In this document: piece after piece, positions 19,913-40,144 of the stretch
Position numbering within the stretch: position 1 is the first letter of the stretch
Layout of the letters: each line of letters begins with the position of its first letter
From: Macrostomum lignano
Lineage: Eukaryota
Length of the DNA stretch: 64,000 bases
Direction of reading: 5' to 3'
Assembly: GCA_002269645.1 (NCBI GenBank)
Contig: NIVC01002942.1
Span: 1-64,000 of the forward strand
Notes under the pieces: generated by a model
What the model was told of the DNA's origin: nothing
Databases searched by the model: none
Seen by the model: the letters and a program-made list of their open reading frames with translations, nothing else
Program-made: the position numbers and the translations under genes

Positions 19913-20812
19913 GATCACAGTCTGACACACAGTCTGACTCACAGTCTGACTCACAGTCCGACTCACAGTATGGCTCACAGTCTGACTCACAGTCTGACTC
20001 ACAGTCTGACTTACAGTCTGACTCACAGTCTGGCTCACAGTCTGACTCACAGTCTGGCTCACAGTCTGACTCACAGTCTGACTCACTGACTCACAGTCTG
20101 ACTCACAGTCTGACTCACAGTCTGACTCACAGTCTGGCTCACAGTCTGACTCACAGTCTGACTCACAGTCTGACTCACAGTCTGGCTCACAGTATGACTC
20201 ACAGTCTGACTCACTGACTCACAGTCTGACTCACAGTCTGACTCACAGTCTGACTCACAGTCTGGCTCACAGTCTGACTCACAGTCTGGCTCACAGTCTG
20301 ACTCACAGTCTGACTCACTGACTCACAGTCTGACTCACAGTCTGACTCACTGACTCACAGTCTGACTCACAGTCTGACTCACAGTCTGACTCACAGTCTG
20401 ACTCACAGTCTGACTCACAGTCTGACTCACAGTCTGGCTCACAGTCTGACTCACAGTATGGCTTACAGTCTGACTCACAGTCTGACTCACAGTCTGACTT
20501 ACTGACTCACAGTATGACTCACAGTCTGACTCACAGTCTTGGCTCACAGTCTGGCTCACAGTCTGGCTCACAGTCTGGCTCACAGTCTGGCTCACAGTCT
20601 GGCTCACAGTCTGACTCACAGTCTGACTCACAGTCTGACTCACAGTCTGACTCACAGTCTGACTCACAGTCTGACTCACAGTCTGACTCACAGTCTGACT
20701 CACAGTCTGACTCACAGTCTGGCTCACAGTCTGACTCACAGTCTGGCTCACAGTCTGACTCACAGTATGGCTTACAGTCTGACTCACAGTCTGATTCACA
20801 GTCTGACTCACG
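19913..20812. repeat. 12-bp CAGTCTGACTCA tandem array
   Basis: Direct reading. Confidence 0.95.
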
Positions 20813-23017
20813 ATGATTAGAAAGTCAGGGGCCGCCGTACACCCTGTCTGAGCAGTTTGTTACATTCCGCATGTCGAGTATCTGATGCCGCAACACCCGT
20901 AGAAAGCCAGCCGTGCATCCCAGCAGCACACAGGCCTCAAATGTTCTACTAGCACCCCCGGCTGAGAGCTCATATCGCACAGTGATCAGCGTCTTCTTGG
21001 AAGAAGTATCCAGATCGATGAAGCAGTCTGGCAGACTCGAGAGCAAGCTGTTTTGTGTTTGTCCACACATGCTTGTATGCGTCCACACGAAATTTCTGAC
21101 AATGAGTGGCGCTTGCATGGGAGGCTAAGCTGGGGGCAGGCACACAGGGGTGAGAGAGAGAGTGAACGAGAGCCTCCACACCGCGGCCAATCAGCGCGCT
21201 AGGGGGAGAGAAAATCAAAGAAAAATGGGGGCAAAGTTAGCAGGGGTGACGCAAATGGTCACTCAGACGGAGAAGACTGCATAAGCGCGCACTGGCACAT
21301 GCTATGGACTACTGGACTATATTTCAGCGTTCCAGTGCACCTGCGTATCTTTGACACACTATGGCGAAAACGCGCAGCAAAAAATTACAAACGTTGGCAC
21401 CCGTCAATGTTTGGCTTGACTGTCATTTGCCTGCGTGGCTCGTGCCAAAGTCAACAGTGCTCGTTGGCGTGCTTGACGGCATTAAGTCGCAACGGTGGTT
21501 CAGTTTAACTGCCACCACGGTGCAGCCGCCGCCCCAACTGACGCGTGTTCAACTGCCGTTCGGATGGATCGACAAGAAGAGAGTCAGCCCCGGCGTCACT
21601 GTCTCGGCGACCGGCATGCAGATCAATTTTCCTGCCCTGAGAGGCGATGCGTCTCAAAAGCGGAGCAGTGTTTCGGCCCAAAGGCCAAGAGTCGCCTCCC
21701 CACAGCAAGAAGACTGCGAGGGAAGTCTGCGGTGCATCCGGCAGGAAGACCGGAGCACGATCTGTGCATGCCATAGACATGCCAGTGAAGCTACTTAAGA
21801 TAGCTCACGAGGACTGCATGCCCGTTTCCGAGGTGGCGGACTTCAAGGCTGACCCCCTTAGAGCAGCGCGAACTGAGGAATGGTAGCGACCCGGCTGGAG
21901 GAGACCAACATTACTAGCTATACTCATGACTGGTGTTTTCCAGCACGGTTCAACTTTAAACTATGCTTCGAGGTGTCGAAGTTTTTTAAACCACGGAGGG
22001 ATATGAGCTGCATAAAATGCAGTCATATTTGCAAAGGACGGCTGCACCTAAAACTTGCTGCGAAATTTGCATTTTGTTCTGTGTAGCCTATAAGAGTTTA
22101 CGTTCCCACGCGCCTGTTCTGCAGTGTTTTAAATAAAAGGAGAGACAGTGGAGGCGCTCGCTTCACTTTGCTCTCGCCCGCATCTGCGGGCCTAAAGGCA
22201 TGGCCATTGCCTCGGCTGGGCTGTAGGCCGCAGCAGCCTGGGCCCAGAAAACCGTGCTTCGAGTTCAATTCTTTGTTATCCAACGTGAGCAGAAGGTGCA
22301 GGATGGACACAAAATCCTACCTGTTACAATCACAAAGTATTCCATTGTTCGATCCTTGAAGCACTTTCACACCGATGACGCAGCAGGAGTCTTCTTTCAC
22401 GATACATTGGAGTCTTCATTTCAAACCCAATAAGGGAGCCAACAGAGCTGGTCTGCATCCAGCTCACGGTCGGACAAATCGCAATCAAACCAGAGCAGTT
22501 TTTTTGCGACACCTTTTATTTAAACTTTCGTCACTTTGTACATCTGGCTCCCTGGTTTCCGCCTCTGCTGGTACGGGCTTCAAAGGGCTGGAATACAGAC
22601 AGTACAAGGGCACGTAAGAGAGGGACAGTCACAACAGCAGGCCTTGAAAATCTGAAATAGAAACAGTTTGTTCGCGAGAGTCAGGTTTCAGTAATCAGTG
22701 CTCGCTGGCTTTTAGTTGCCTTCAGTTCAGCCACGGACGAAGAAGTCGCCGCTGCTGGCGCTTCTGAGGGCGGCCGGGACTGCAGCATGCAAACTCCAGC
22801 AGGTGGCACAGGCGCTGCAGCTGGCTGAAGATCACCGACTGACAGTCGGTGCCGCACTGGTCGACGCACTCGGCGAGTCCACGAGCGCTGACGATCGAGA
22901 AAGCGACGAGAGTCGGGGCTGCTCATGGCCACCAGGTCGCGGTCACCGAGGACGATGAAAGGCTCTCGTCTGCAGTGATTTTTGTTAGGCGTTATGCCTT
23001 AATCTGATGCTGGGCTA

Positions 23018-24117
23018 TCAGGTACAGAGTAGCCCAGCGGTAACCCTTAGGTACAGAGTAGCCCAGCGGTAACCCTTAGGTACAGAGTAGCCCAGCGGTA
23101 ACCCTTAGGTACAGAGTAGCCCAGCGGTAACCCTTAGGTACAGAGTAGCCCAGCGGTAACCCTTAGGTACAGAGTAGCCCAGCGGTAACCCTTAGGTACA
23201 GAGTAGCCCAGCGGTAACCCTTAGGTACAGAGTAGCCCAGCGGTAACCCTTAGGTACAGAGTAGCCCAGCGGTAACCCTTAGGTACAGAGTAGCCCAGCG
23301 GTAACCCTTAGGTACAGAGTAGCCCAGCGGTAACCCTTAGGTACAGAGTAGCCCAGCGGTAACCCTTAGGTACAGAGTAGCCCAGCGGTAACCCTTAGGT
23401 ACAGAGTAGCCCAGCGGTAACCCTTAGGTACAGAGTAGCCCAGCGGTAACCCTTAGGTACAGAGTAGCCCAGCGGTAACCCTTAGGTACAGAGTAGCCCA
23501 GCGGTAACCCTTAGGTACAGAGTAGCCCAGCGGTAACCCTTAGGTACAGAGTAGCCCAGCGGTAACCCTTAGGTACAGAGTAGCCCAGCGGTAACCCTTA
23601 GGTACAGAGTAGCCCAGCGGTAACCCTTAGGTACAGAGTAGCCCAGCGGTAACCCTTAGGTACAGAGTAGCCCAGCGGTAACCCTTAGGTACAGAGTAGC
23701 CCAGCGGTAACCCTTAGGTACAGAGTAGCCCAGCGGTAACCCTTAGGTACAGAGTAGCCCAGCGGTAACCCTTAGGTACAGAGTAGCCCAGCGGTAACCC
23801 TTAGGTACAGAGTAGCCCAGCGGTAACCCTTAGGTACAGAGTAGCCCAGCGGTAACCCTTAGGTACAGAGTAGCCCAGCGGTAACCCTTAGGTACAGAGT
23901 AGCCCAGCGGTAACCCTTAGGTACAGAGTAGCCCAGCGGTAACCCTTAGGTACAGAGTAGCCCAGCGGTAACCCTTAGGTACAGAGTAGCCCAGCGGTAA
24001 CCCTTAGGTACAGAGTAGCCCAGCGGTAACCCTTAGGTACAGAGTAGCCCAGCGGTAACCCTTAGGTACAGAGTAGCCCAGCGGTAACCCTTAGGTACAG
24101 AGTAGCCCAGCGGTAAC
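23018..24117. repeat. Perfect 29-bp tandem array TAACCCTTAGGTACAGAGTAGCCCAGCGG, about 38 copies
   Basis: Period 29 (23041, 23070...); no spacers. Confidence 0.97.
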
Positions 24118-24324
24118 TAACCCACGTGTCTTAGGTGTCGTGTCAAAGTACCCGGGGTTCGTCATCATATTCGTGTACGAAAACTGGCCTTAGGGTCAAT
24201 TCCTCAAGGCGCAGGGTGATTGCATGTCCGATGATGAGAAACTCAGGGCAAGCATACTCGGGCATTGCATCTTGCCTCTCTCTGGACTCCTAGTCTGCAC
24301 TATTGTTTTACCACTGAGTGAAGG

Positions 24325-24708
24325 TCAGTCGGTACACTTGATTCCGGTATGGACCGCAGTACCCGCGCAGGCATGCCAGCAGTCGCCGCTAGGGGCCGCG
24401 CCATGCGACCCGTAGGAGTTGTCGCAGCCGCACCAAGTCGCGGCCTGCAGTGCCATGTAGCGGAAGCCGCACAGCTCGTGAGTCATCTGGGTGGAGTGGA
24501 CCAAGCCGTAGGCACTGGAAATATTTGTCTGCTCCATGCCGTGGCCACCGACTCGCGTGAGGCCGAGGTACTTTAGGCCTCTGACGTCTCTCTCTGTCGC
24601 TGAGTCAACGAAGCAGCCGAGGTCCGAGGCCCGGAACTGGTGGCAGAGAGCGGAGCAGATGAAGCAGCTCAGGATCAGAGCGCAGAGGTTCCTGCAGACG
24701 GCTGGCAT
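24325..24708 (-). CDS. Secreted WSC-domain protein (partial or degenerate)
   Basis: Signal peptide MPAVCRNLCALILSCFICSALC; LGCFVD...MTHELC.GFRYMALQ..WCGCDNSYG...CWHACAG. Confidence 0.65.
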   Translation of the reverse strand: MPAVCRNLCALILSCFICSALCHQFRASDLGCFVDSATERDVRGLKYLGLTRVGGHGMEQTNISSAYGLVHSTQMTHELCGFRYMALQAATWCGCDNSYGSHGAAPSGDCWHACAGTAVHTGIKCTD

Positions 24709-25623
24709 GGCTAAGCGGTTCTTCTGGAAGCGATCAATTTTAGTGATAGAAAATTTGCTGACTTTAGACTCCTGAGTCACACAAAGGACTGCTTTTAACC
24801 ACTTCAGCTGTTGCCGAAGGCTAATTGATGAGGTAAACCGTTTACCGGTTCGATGAGCTCCCATTAAAATCTACGACTTTCAGTTGCTGGTTTTAGGTGA
24901 TTTTTGCGGCTTTTATCAGCATATTTTTAGCAGCGCTTCCAGGTCACTGCCTGATCCGCTTTAGTGGACGGGCGATGCCATCAGGCCTGAGTGCCGCAGG
25001 ACAAACCCTGGCATTGAAAGTCGGGATCGGTGCTGACTGTGCGAGAGGAAGCCACTCTATTACGGATTCACCACCGGCACTGCAAAGTTAAGCATAATTT
25101 GCCACGGATGGTACATCGTGAGCGAGCTACGGTAGAAATACAGCGTGGGAGAGTCAGATCTGTACAGAGCTGTCCACCGCCATCGGATGCGTGGACTTTG
25201 AAGGCCGAAGGGTCCTTCTAAGCCCCAAAGCGAGAAAAATAACAAAATATGCAATTGCATTCAGTGAAGCTAATTGGATGCGAGGTGAGAGAAGCAGCCA
25301 AAGTGTAATGGCAAGCACAACCCACAGTGCAGCAGGCTTTGTGTTCGCGCAAAATATCTCAAACTTTCTTTTCGTCTCCAGTGCGCGAGCTCGGTTGCTA
25401 ACCAGCTGAGCAGGGGGTGCAGAGGCCGGCGCAGATAGAAAGCGAAGGCCAGCAGATAAGTTTTGTCGCAGCCTCTCGGCCTGTCTTTATTCATCTTGCT
25501 ACCGCTTTTTCGGCTGCTTATCTGGCTGTCTGGCTGCACAGGCTACTCGGGTTGGAAGAGCAGAAAGCCGCTCGGTGCAGGTGATTTAGCAGCAAGTGAT
25601 TTTAGTTGCTCGGCAACTCCGGT

Positions 25624-32797
<7,174 letters not shown>

Positions 32798-33390
32798 GGA
32801 GGAGGACATTGCTGAGATGCAACTGTCTCCAGCAGTTCTGACAATGGACTCGAGACGAGATTAAATCGTGGACTAAATCAATTTTTACTTAGCCGTGTTG
32901 CTCGATCAAAATCTGCAACTCCTGAAGGGTTACCTGAATGCGAGCGCTTCATCCTGATAGACTGCAGCTGCCTGGAAACTCGGAAATCGAAAATGACTTG
33001 TTCAATCAACCGTGACCTTTTCTGTAACCACAAATAACATCAACTCAGTTGCGTGACCAGCCTGATCTGCCAGCCTTATTTTATTGGTTTGCTATTCAGA
33101 TATTCAGCTGCTATTCTCAACATGCGCTGGTAATGAAATACAAAACCGCACCAACCCTCCGATAGATACAGAAATCTGCCACTCGATCATTAGTTTAAGG
33201 GCTGTTTAATCGAAACCTTTCTTGGTTTCAAGCGGAATGCTCGTATATTTTACGAACTTTCTTAGACTTTTATTGCACAAATTGCTCCGCAAAAGGTAAT
33301 AAAGAAACTACGAGAATTCAAATTTCGTCACTAGAGAAGTGACTTTTTCAACTGCTCAGCGCTTAGGTTCCAGACGATCTCATGCCGACC

Positions 33391-34167
33391 TCAGATGAAC
33401 GGGTTGAGGCACTCGCACAGAGCTCGGATCAGGCGGGAGGGCAGCGACTCCTCCTCGTCGTCCAATCCGTAGTCGTGATCGAACCAAATGTCGACCCGAT
33501 TGTGTTCGGCGCCCTCGTTCGGCTGGCCGCTGCCCCACGCCTCGGGCTTGATGGCGATGTTGCAGTCGCGCCAGTACCAGGTGCCGGAGCTGAGCGGGGA
33601 AGGCCGGTAACCGCCCAGGTAGAAGCTGCGCTTTGAGGAGCTTAAGTCCTTATTGAGAATCGGCATCAGAGTTCGGATGTGCTCCACCTCCGGCCTGTCG
33701 ATTCCGTCGGCGAACTTGGCGAGTCCGGGCTCCGAGTTGCACTTGTTGAGGCCGTCCGTCCAGCTCGACACGCCCACCATCTTGTAGACGGAGCTGCGAT
33801 AGCCGTTGGCGAAGTCGGCAGGGCACAGCCGGCCGTTCGGCAGGCCCTCCAGGCTCCTCACGAAGGCCCAGCCGGAGCGGTCGCAGCCGGCCTCGTTCGG
33901 CATGTGGCTGCACCTGTCGAACTCCATCGTCTGGCAGACGGAGCCGTCGTCGCCAGTCAGTCGGAAGCCGCGGCATCGGACGCCGCGGTTGATGCAGATT
34001 ACGCTGCACTTCACATTGCTGGGTCTTGCCAGCGGGGTGTTGTGGAGAAACTCGGGCCTCAGGCACAGCCGAATAAAGTGCTTTGTGAACTGCTGGGTGC
34101 TGAGCTCAGCTGCGGCAGAGCAGCTGGATCCCAGCAGGTACAGCAGAAGTAGCTTCCAGTGATTCAT
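33391..34167 (-). CDS. Secreted PAN/Apple + C-type lectin protein, copy 1 (intronless)
   Basis: Signal peptide; CSVICINRGVRCRGF..CQ (PAN-like); SWTDGLNKC..FYLGG..WYWRDC..WGSGQPN..GLDD..ALCE (CTLD). Confidence 0.85.
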   Translation of the reverse strand: MNHWKLLLLYLLGSSCSAAAELSTQQFTKHFIRLCLRPEFLHNTPLARPSNVKCSVICINRGVRCRGFRLTGDDGSVCQTMEFDRCSHMPNEAGCDRSGWAFVRSLEGLPNGRLCPADFANGYRSSVYKMVGVSSWTDGLNKCNSEPGLAKFADGIDRPEVEHIRTLMPILNKDLSSSKRSFYLGGYRPSPLSSGTWYWRDCNIAIKPEAWGSGQPNEGAEHNRVDIWFDHDYGLDDEEESLPSRLIRALCECLNPFI

Positions 34168-35931
34168 GTCTTTAGATCCTGGTGGGGCCCTGGGCGGAAC
34201 TCTTTATACTACACAAGAAAGCCAATGCGCTCTGCCCTGGGCTATTTTCACAGCAAATGAAGCCAGCGCCTGACTGCATGCATCCCTGTTGCTTGAACAA
34301 TCAGGGACACTGGCGGGGGATTTGCTATTTGCTTCTGCGCTGGTGGTTTGAAATTGAAACAAGAAAATTGCAGAAAAGTTTCAGCAATGCTATAATGTCT
34401 TCTGTGTGGAACAGAAACTCCAGCTCGCTGGCTTTGTTTGCTCTGAAATCAGGCAGGTAAAAGTGGCTTGGGAAATTTTCACCGCATACTCAACAAGCTG
34501 TCAGGTCAGCCTTGCATCAATCAATCTAAAGTCGCCTGATTTCTCAGAAAGTCTAAGCCTGTTCTCTGACACTTGTACTTTTATTCTTGGACTGTTTACG
34601 TCAACAGAGCGCGCTTCTTGCAGGAATTACAATATAATGTCTCTCCGCACTTTTTGAGTCGTATTAGTTGCTATGAGGGGGGATTGTGCTGAGACTCAGA
34701 CTTTGTCTCAGAAACTACTCCAGCAGCATTGAAAAGTCGCCACTCTGTGCGCCAGTGAGCTCCCCCCACTTCATTCCTCAACTCAACTCAAGTCTGCTGC
34801 GGCATAGCTAAGTTGCGTCACTCGCTAAGATTGAGAAACTTTACCTGCACTCTTAAAAGTGTCGAACCCCAGACGGAATCTTCTGTGATGGCGATATTGC
34901 GAGATAATCTTTTACTAGTTAACTTAACTTTTTAAAGATGAAGTCAAAACTGCTGATCGTTTGAATATTCTTCCCTTCTTAGGCTGTCTTTGCGCCGTAA
35001 AAAATCAACTTGAAAAATGTTTTGGAGAGAGAGCGTTCGGCATTTGCTTCAGGGTTTTTCCGCACTGAAAAGCTGGTCTGTGTGCTCGTGTCGTCTATAA
35101 ATTTTACTGCTCATATTTAGATACGAGCAGTGGCTTTAAGCACCCTGGAGCACTCTAATAAGTGAAAGTTGTCGCACAACCGGCGAGAGGCAACTCACTG
35201 CCCATTCCTGAGCAGGTGTACAAGAGCAGAATCTGAGGTAGATGCGGAATGCAATTTGGTGTCCTTTACAGTCGTGCGAACAACCAAAAAATGATAAATT
35301 GGTTTTAATTTCTTTCGTTTCTGCTTCTATAAAAATATTTTCTTGGCCTGCTGTAAGTAGTACAATTACGAGCTATATTCTTAAAACTTCTGTGACTTCA
35401 CCTCCAGCAGGTGACTGGAGACCAGCAGTTGATCAAAAATTTTTTTCAAGTCAATTGAAAACTTGATCTAAACTAAAGCCACGTTTAACCCACATCAAGG
35501 AGGCAATTCGTTAACACAGTGATCGTCAGCCCCCGTTGTTAAATATGGTTAGCCTATTACAACTCTCTTAACAAGCGCCCTTGCGGAGTCCACAGTCCAC
35601 CTCTTAGAAGCCGCCAGTGTCACTGCTGAGTTTCAGGACATGGTTGGTGAGCGAATTGCTAAAGAAGGAATTTTAATTATGACTTTCCTACCGGCGGCTA
35701 AATCTTGTGTCACTTCTTTAACATACAGTTTCAAGCTCAGGAGCTCACCAGAAATGCTCGAAGTAATGGCTGATAGGGATGAATAGGAGAAGATGTCAGA
35801 AAACTCCATTTCGGTCATAATTGATTTTCTATTCTGAAAACTATTTGGAAAGAGACGGTTCATTGATTTTTATCTAAGAACTCCGTGTGCCAACGAAGAG
35901 GATGTACAGGAAAGTGGAGACCAACATTGTT

Positions 35932-36143
35932 GGGGGGAGGCATCACAAACCCGAAAAATCACACCTTCGAAAAGCATTTACATCATAAACCTGAAATATC
36001 ACAAAGCCGAAATATCATAACTCTGAAAACCAAAATAGCATTAAACATTGCTAGCATTTTCGGAGTTATGATTCTTCTGGTTTGTGATATTTCGAGTTTG
36101 TGATGTTTCGGATTTGTGATTTTTCGGGTTTGTGATGCCCCCC
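35932..36143. mobile_element. Foldback/MITE-like element with subterminal TCACAAAC.CGAAA repeats
   Basis: GGGG..GGCATCACAAACCCGAAAAATCACA is mirrored by TGTGATTTTTCGGGTTTGTGATGCCCCCC; no TSD identified. Confidence 0.65.
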
Positions 36144-36482
36144 TGAAAATACAAGGCCAAGACAAAGATATGTGACGGTTGCGTCCTCACGCTTGAAGGC
36201 ACGAACATTGCCAGGCACCAACGTGTGTGCCCGGGATGCTGACGTTTTGGGGTCCCCCTGCTTCCGGGTGATAACGGGAAAGAAGAAGACCTCCATCTGC
36301 CAATGAAAGGGCAGCATCCCACAGCTCCTGAAATGACGCGAAGCCAATTAGGAAGTGCAATAATTTGAAAGGCAAAGGCTGGCTTGTAGCACAAAATAGC
36401 TTGCTCTGCTAAACTGAGATTGCAGAGAGATACCGGAATAGAGGTGCCCTTCCTAAGCGGAGTGGGAAGGCACATTTATAGA

Positions 36483-36859
36483 GTTGGGTTTCACAAACAC
36501 GAAATTTCACAACCGCTAAAAGCACTTGCTTTCATAAGCACGAAACTTCACAAACGCGAAACTTCACAACCGCTAAATTTTTTGCAGTCACTTTCACAAA
36601 CGCGAAACTTCACAACCGCTAAAATTTTTGCACTTATTTTCATATACGACAGTCTTTTGAGCGGTTGTGAAGTTTCGCGTTTGTGAAGTTTAGCGCTTAT
36701 GAAAGTAGGTGATTTAGCGGTTGTGAAATGTGACGTTTTGCGGTTGTGAAGTTTCGCGTTTATGAAAGTGACTGCAATTTTTTAGCGGTTGTGAAGTTTC
36801 GCGGTTATGAAAGTAGGTGATTTAGCGGTTGTGAAATTTCGAACGTTTGTGAAAGCAAC
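36483..36859. mobile_element. Related foldback/MITE-like element
   Basis: TTCACAAACGCGAAACTTCACAACCGCTAAA repeats in the left half are inverted in the right half. Confidence 0.65.
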
Positions 36860-36972
36860 CTGGTCCCGGGTCCCCACCTCATGGGGTGGGTACGCCCCGA
36901 GCTTCGTAGAGGGAAGGCAGTGGAACGAACATAGACAGTGGAGAGATACAGACAATGGGGTGAGTCACACGC

Positions 36973-37015
<43 letters not shown>

Positions 37016-37249
37016 GAGATATAGATAAGAAACCAGACAGACACGCAGGGATTCAAACAAAGGGGAGAGGGTACATACAGAAAGCAGGAAAAGTTCATAA
37101 TGTCCGTGGCACAAATGCCACAGGAAGTGCACAAAAGGGGTCGTGAATCACAGTCAGCCCCGGCTAAGTTGGCCATCTGACATAATAGTGCATCAATCAC
37201 CTACTTAGGTTGGGGTGAGTTCAAGTGCAGATGCACACATTAATCCGCA

Positions 37250-38465
37250 ACCCCACCAGCCACACTAACCAACAACCCCACCAACCACACTAACCAACAA
37301 CCCCACCAACCACACTAACCAACAACCCCACCAGCCACATTAACCAACAACCCCACCAGCCACATTAACCAACAACCCCACCAGCCACATCAACCAACAA
37401 CCCCACCAGCCACATCAACCAACAACCCCACCAACCACACTAACCAACAACCCCACCAGCCACATTAACCAACAACCCCACCAGCCACATCAACCAACAA
37501 CCCCACCAGCCACACTAACCAACAACCCCACCAGCCACATCAACCAACAACCCCACCAGCCACACTAACCAACAACCCCACCAGCCACATCAACCAACAA
37601 CCCCACCAGCCACATCAACCAACAACCCCACCAGCCACATCAACCCGCAACCCCACCAGCCACATTAACCCGCAACCCCACCAGCCACATCAACCCGCAA
37701 CCCCACCAGCCACATCAACCCGCAACCCCACCAGCCACATCAACCCGCAACCCCACCAGCCACATCAACCAACAACCCCACCAGCCACATCAACCAACAA
37801 CCCCACCAGCCACATCAACCAACAACCCCACCAGCCACATTAACCAACAACCCCACCAGCCACATCAACCAACAACCCCACCAGCCACATCAACCAACAA
37901 CCCCACCAGCCACATTAACCAACAACCCCACCAGCCACATTAACCAACAACCCCACCAGCCACATCAACCCGCAACCCCACCAGCCACATTAACCAACAA
38001 CCCCACCAGCCACATCAACCCGCAACCCCACCAGCCACATTAACCAACAACCCCACCAGCCACATCAACCCGCAACCCCACCAGCCACATTAACCAACAA
38101 CCCCACCAGCCACATCAACCCGCAACCCCACCAGCCACATCAACCCGCAACCCCACCAGCCACATCAACCCGCAACCCCACCAGCCACATTAACCAACAA
38201 CCCCACCAGCCACATCAACCAACAACCCCACCAGCCACATCAACCAACAACCCCACCAGCCACACTAACCAACAACCCCACCAGCCACATCAACCCGCAA
38301 CCCCACCAGCCACATTAACCAACAACCCCACCAGCCACATCAACCCGCAACCCCACCAGCCACATCAACCAACAACCCCACCAGCCACATCAACCCGCAA
38401 CCCCACCAGCCACATCAACCCGCAACCCCACCAGCCACATCAACCCGCAACCCCACAACCCCACC
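37250..38465. repeat. 25-bp AACCAACAACCCCACCAGCCACATC minisatellite
   Basis: Period 25. Confidence 0.95.
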
Positions 38466-38724
38466 AGCAGAGACAGAAAAGTAACGCGAAAGCAACGCGA
38501 AACGCTCCGAATCGATTCCGGATCCGAAATCGCGTATATGAAAGGCTCAGTGCTGCTGCGCTGATCTGCTGCAATTTTATCTTTATTCAGACAAGCGGTC
38601 GCCGGAGAAATCTCTGCTCCCGATTCGTTTCCAAGCGTCATTCGCATCTTTGCTTTGCTTGAAGCGTTTTCGATTACAGGTTGGCAACCCAAGCTCACTG
38701 AACGTACAGGTTCTTTTGTACAGG

Positions 38725-39046
38725 TACTAAAGCCTCACAGCTAAAGCCTCACAGCTAAAGCCTCACAGCTAAAGCCTCACAGCTAAAGCCTCACAGCTAA
38801 AGCCTCACAGCTAAAGCCTCACAGCTAAAGCCTCACAGCTAAAGCCTCACAGCTAAAGCCTCACAGCTAAAGCCTCACAGCTAAAGCCTCACAGCTAAAG
38901 CCTCACAGCTAAAGCCTCACAGCTAAAGCCTCACAGCTAAAGCCTCACAGCTAAAGCCTCACAGCTAAAGCCTCACAGCTAAAGCCTCACAGCTAAAGCC
39001 TCACAGCTAAAGCCTCACAGCTAAAGCCTCACAGCTAAAGCCTCAC
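38725..39046. repeat. 14-bp CTAAAGCCTCACAG perfect array
   Basis: Period 14. Confidence 0.95.
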
Positions 39047-40144
39047 TTGCTTTTTAACCACTTTGAGGCTTTTTAAACACTCATGGAGGCATCTGCACTT
39101 GGGGCCGAGTCCAGCAAGGATTTCACTTGCTGGCGATTATATCCCTAAGGATAAACTTAAGTATTCGCAGGAGGGCACCTTGGCGCAGCAACCAGCGCTG
39201 AAGCAATTTTGCCCCCATTATGCATACATGCAAGCGTACATACATACAGGGTGTACAGCGGCCCTAGCTTTCTAACCATCAGGCATGTACACTCTCTGTG
39301 ACTTGGGGGTTGGCCCTCATGGGACTTGAATTGCACAGCAATCCCAAGCCTGAATGAAAGGGATCGCGGCACGAGAGTCTGCACATCCATCGCCGAGCTG
39401 CTCTGTCTGCACTGCACTGCAACCGCTACTGAAATCTGCTTTTACGCTGACATTCATACCGTTTGATGCATATAAAATTATTTCATCACTACTAGCAACC
39501 AGTCAGTACGGCCTCAGTAGTAGGACTATGACGGACACGCTATTTTGCCTTATTAACCCGAGTTACTTTGGTTGGTCTAGGAGCATAAGCGGTTCAATCA
39601 CATCTGTCAATATTAAACACCAAAGTTTGAAAAGGCCACGAGAAATTAGCAACCAGTTCCTAGAGGCCATCACAAAAGCTCTGGCTCCCGAGAGAAAAAT
39701 TAGCCTCTCTTTCTGTTTTAATGGATTTTTAGAGTATTGTGAAGTTGGCTAGCAGCTGCTGTCAGCCACAGACCCCGTTCTGCCGGGAGGTTTAATCGAT
39801 AGAAACAATAAAAACACTCAGAAGCCATTCCAATTGTTTATTAGCAATCAATTCACGATGTGATTGAACCAGTTTGACCAAATGAAGGAAGTTGACACGA
39901 AAGACGCAGGTTCGAACCTGGTCCCTACGAGGGTAAGTTGACGCTTTATCGATTGATAACACGTAAATGATTCATTGAGGCACGTCGACTTCAGGCAGTT
40001 TAAAATAAAAAAGCTACAGTGGTCGACTTTAATTCATTGCATTTAAATTCGATATTGAATTGACTTTGGTACGATTTAAAATTTTCTGATTCAAATAGAA
40101 GTGATTCAATATTGTGATTGAATAGTTGTTAAAGCAGACATATT

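Noticed and set aside
21361-22958. Possible host gene (ORFs 21361-21798 and about 22750-22935)
   Set aside because: GC-rich and exon-like, but has no recognisable domain or confident exon chain.
23018-24117. CRISPR array (29-bp repeat)
   Set aside because: Units are directly adjacent with no spacers, no cas genes are present, and the context is eukaryotic.
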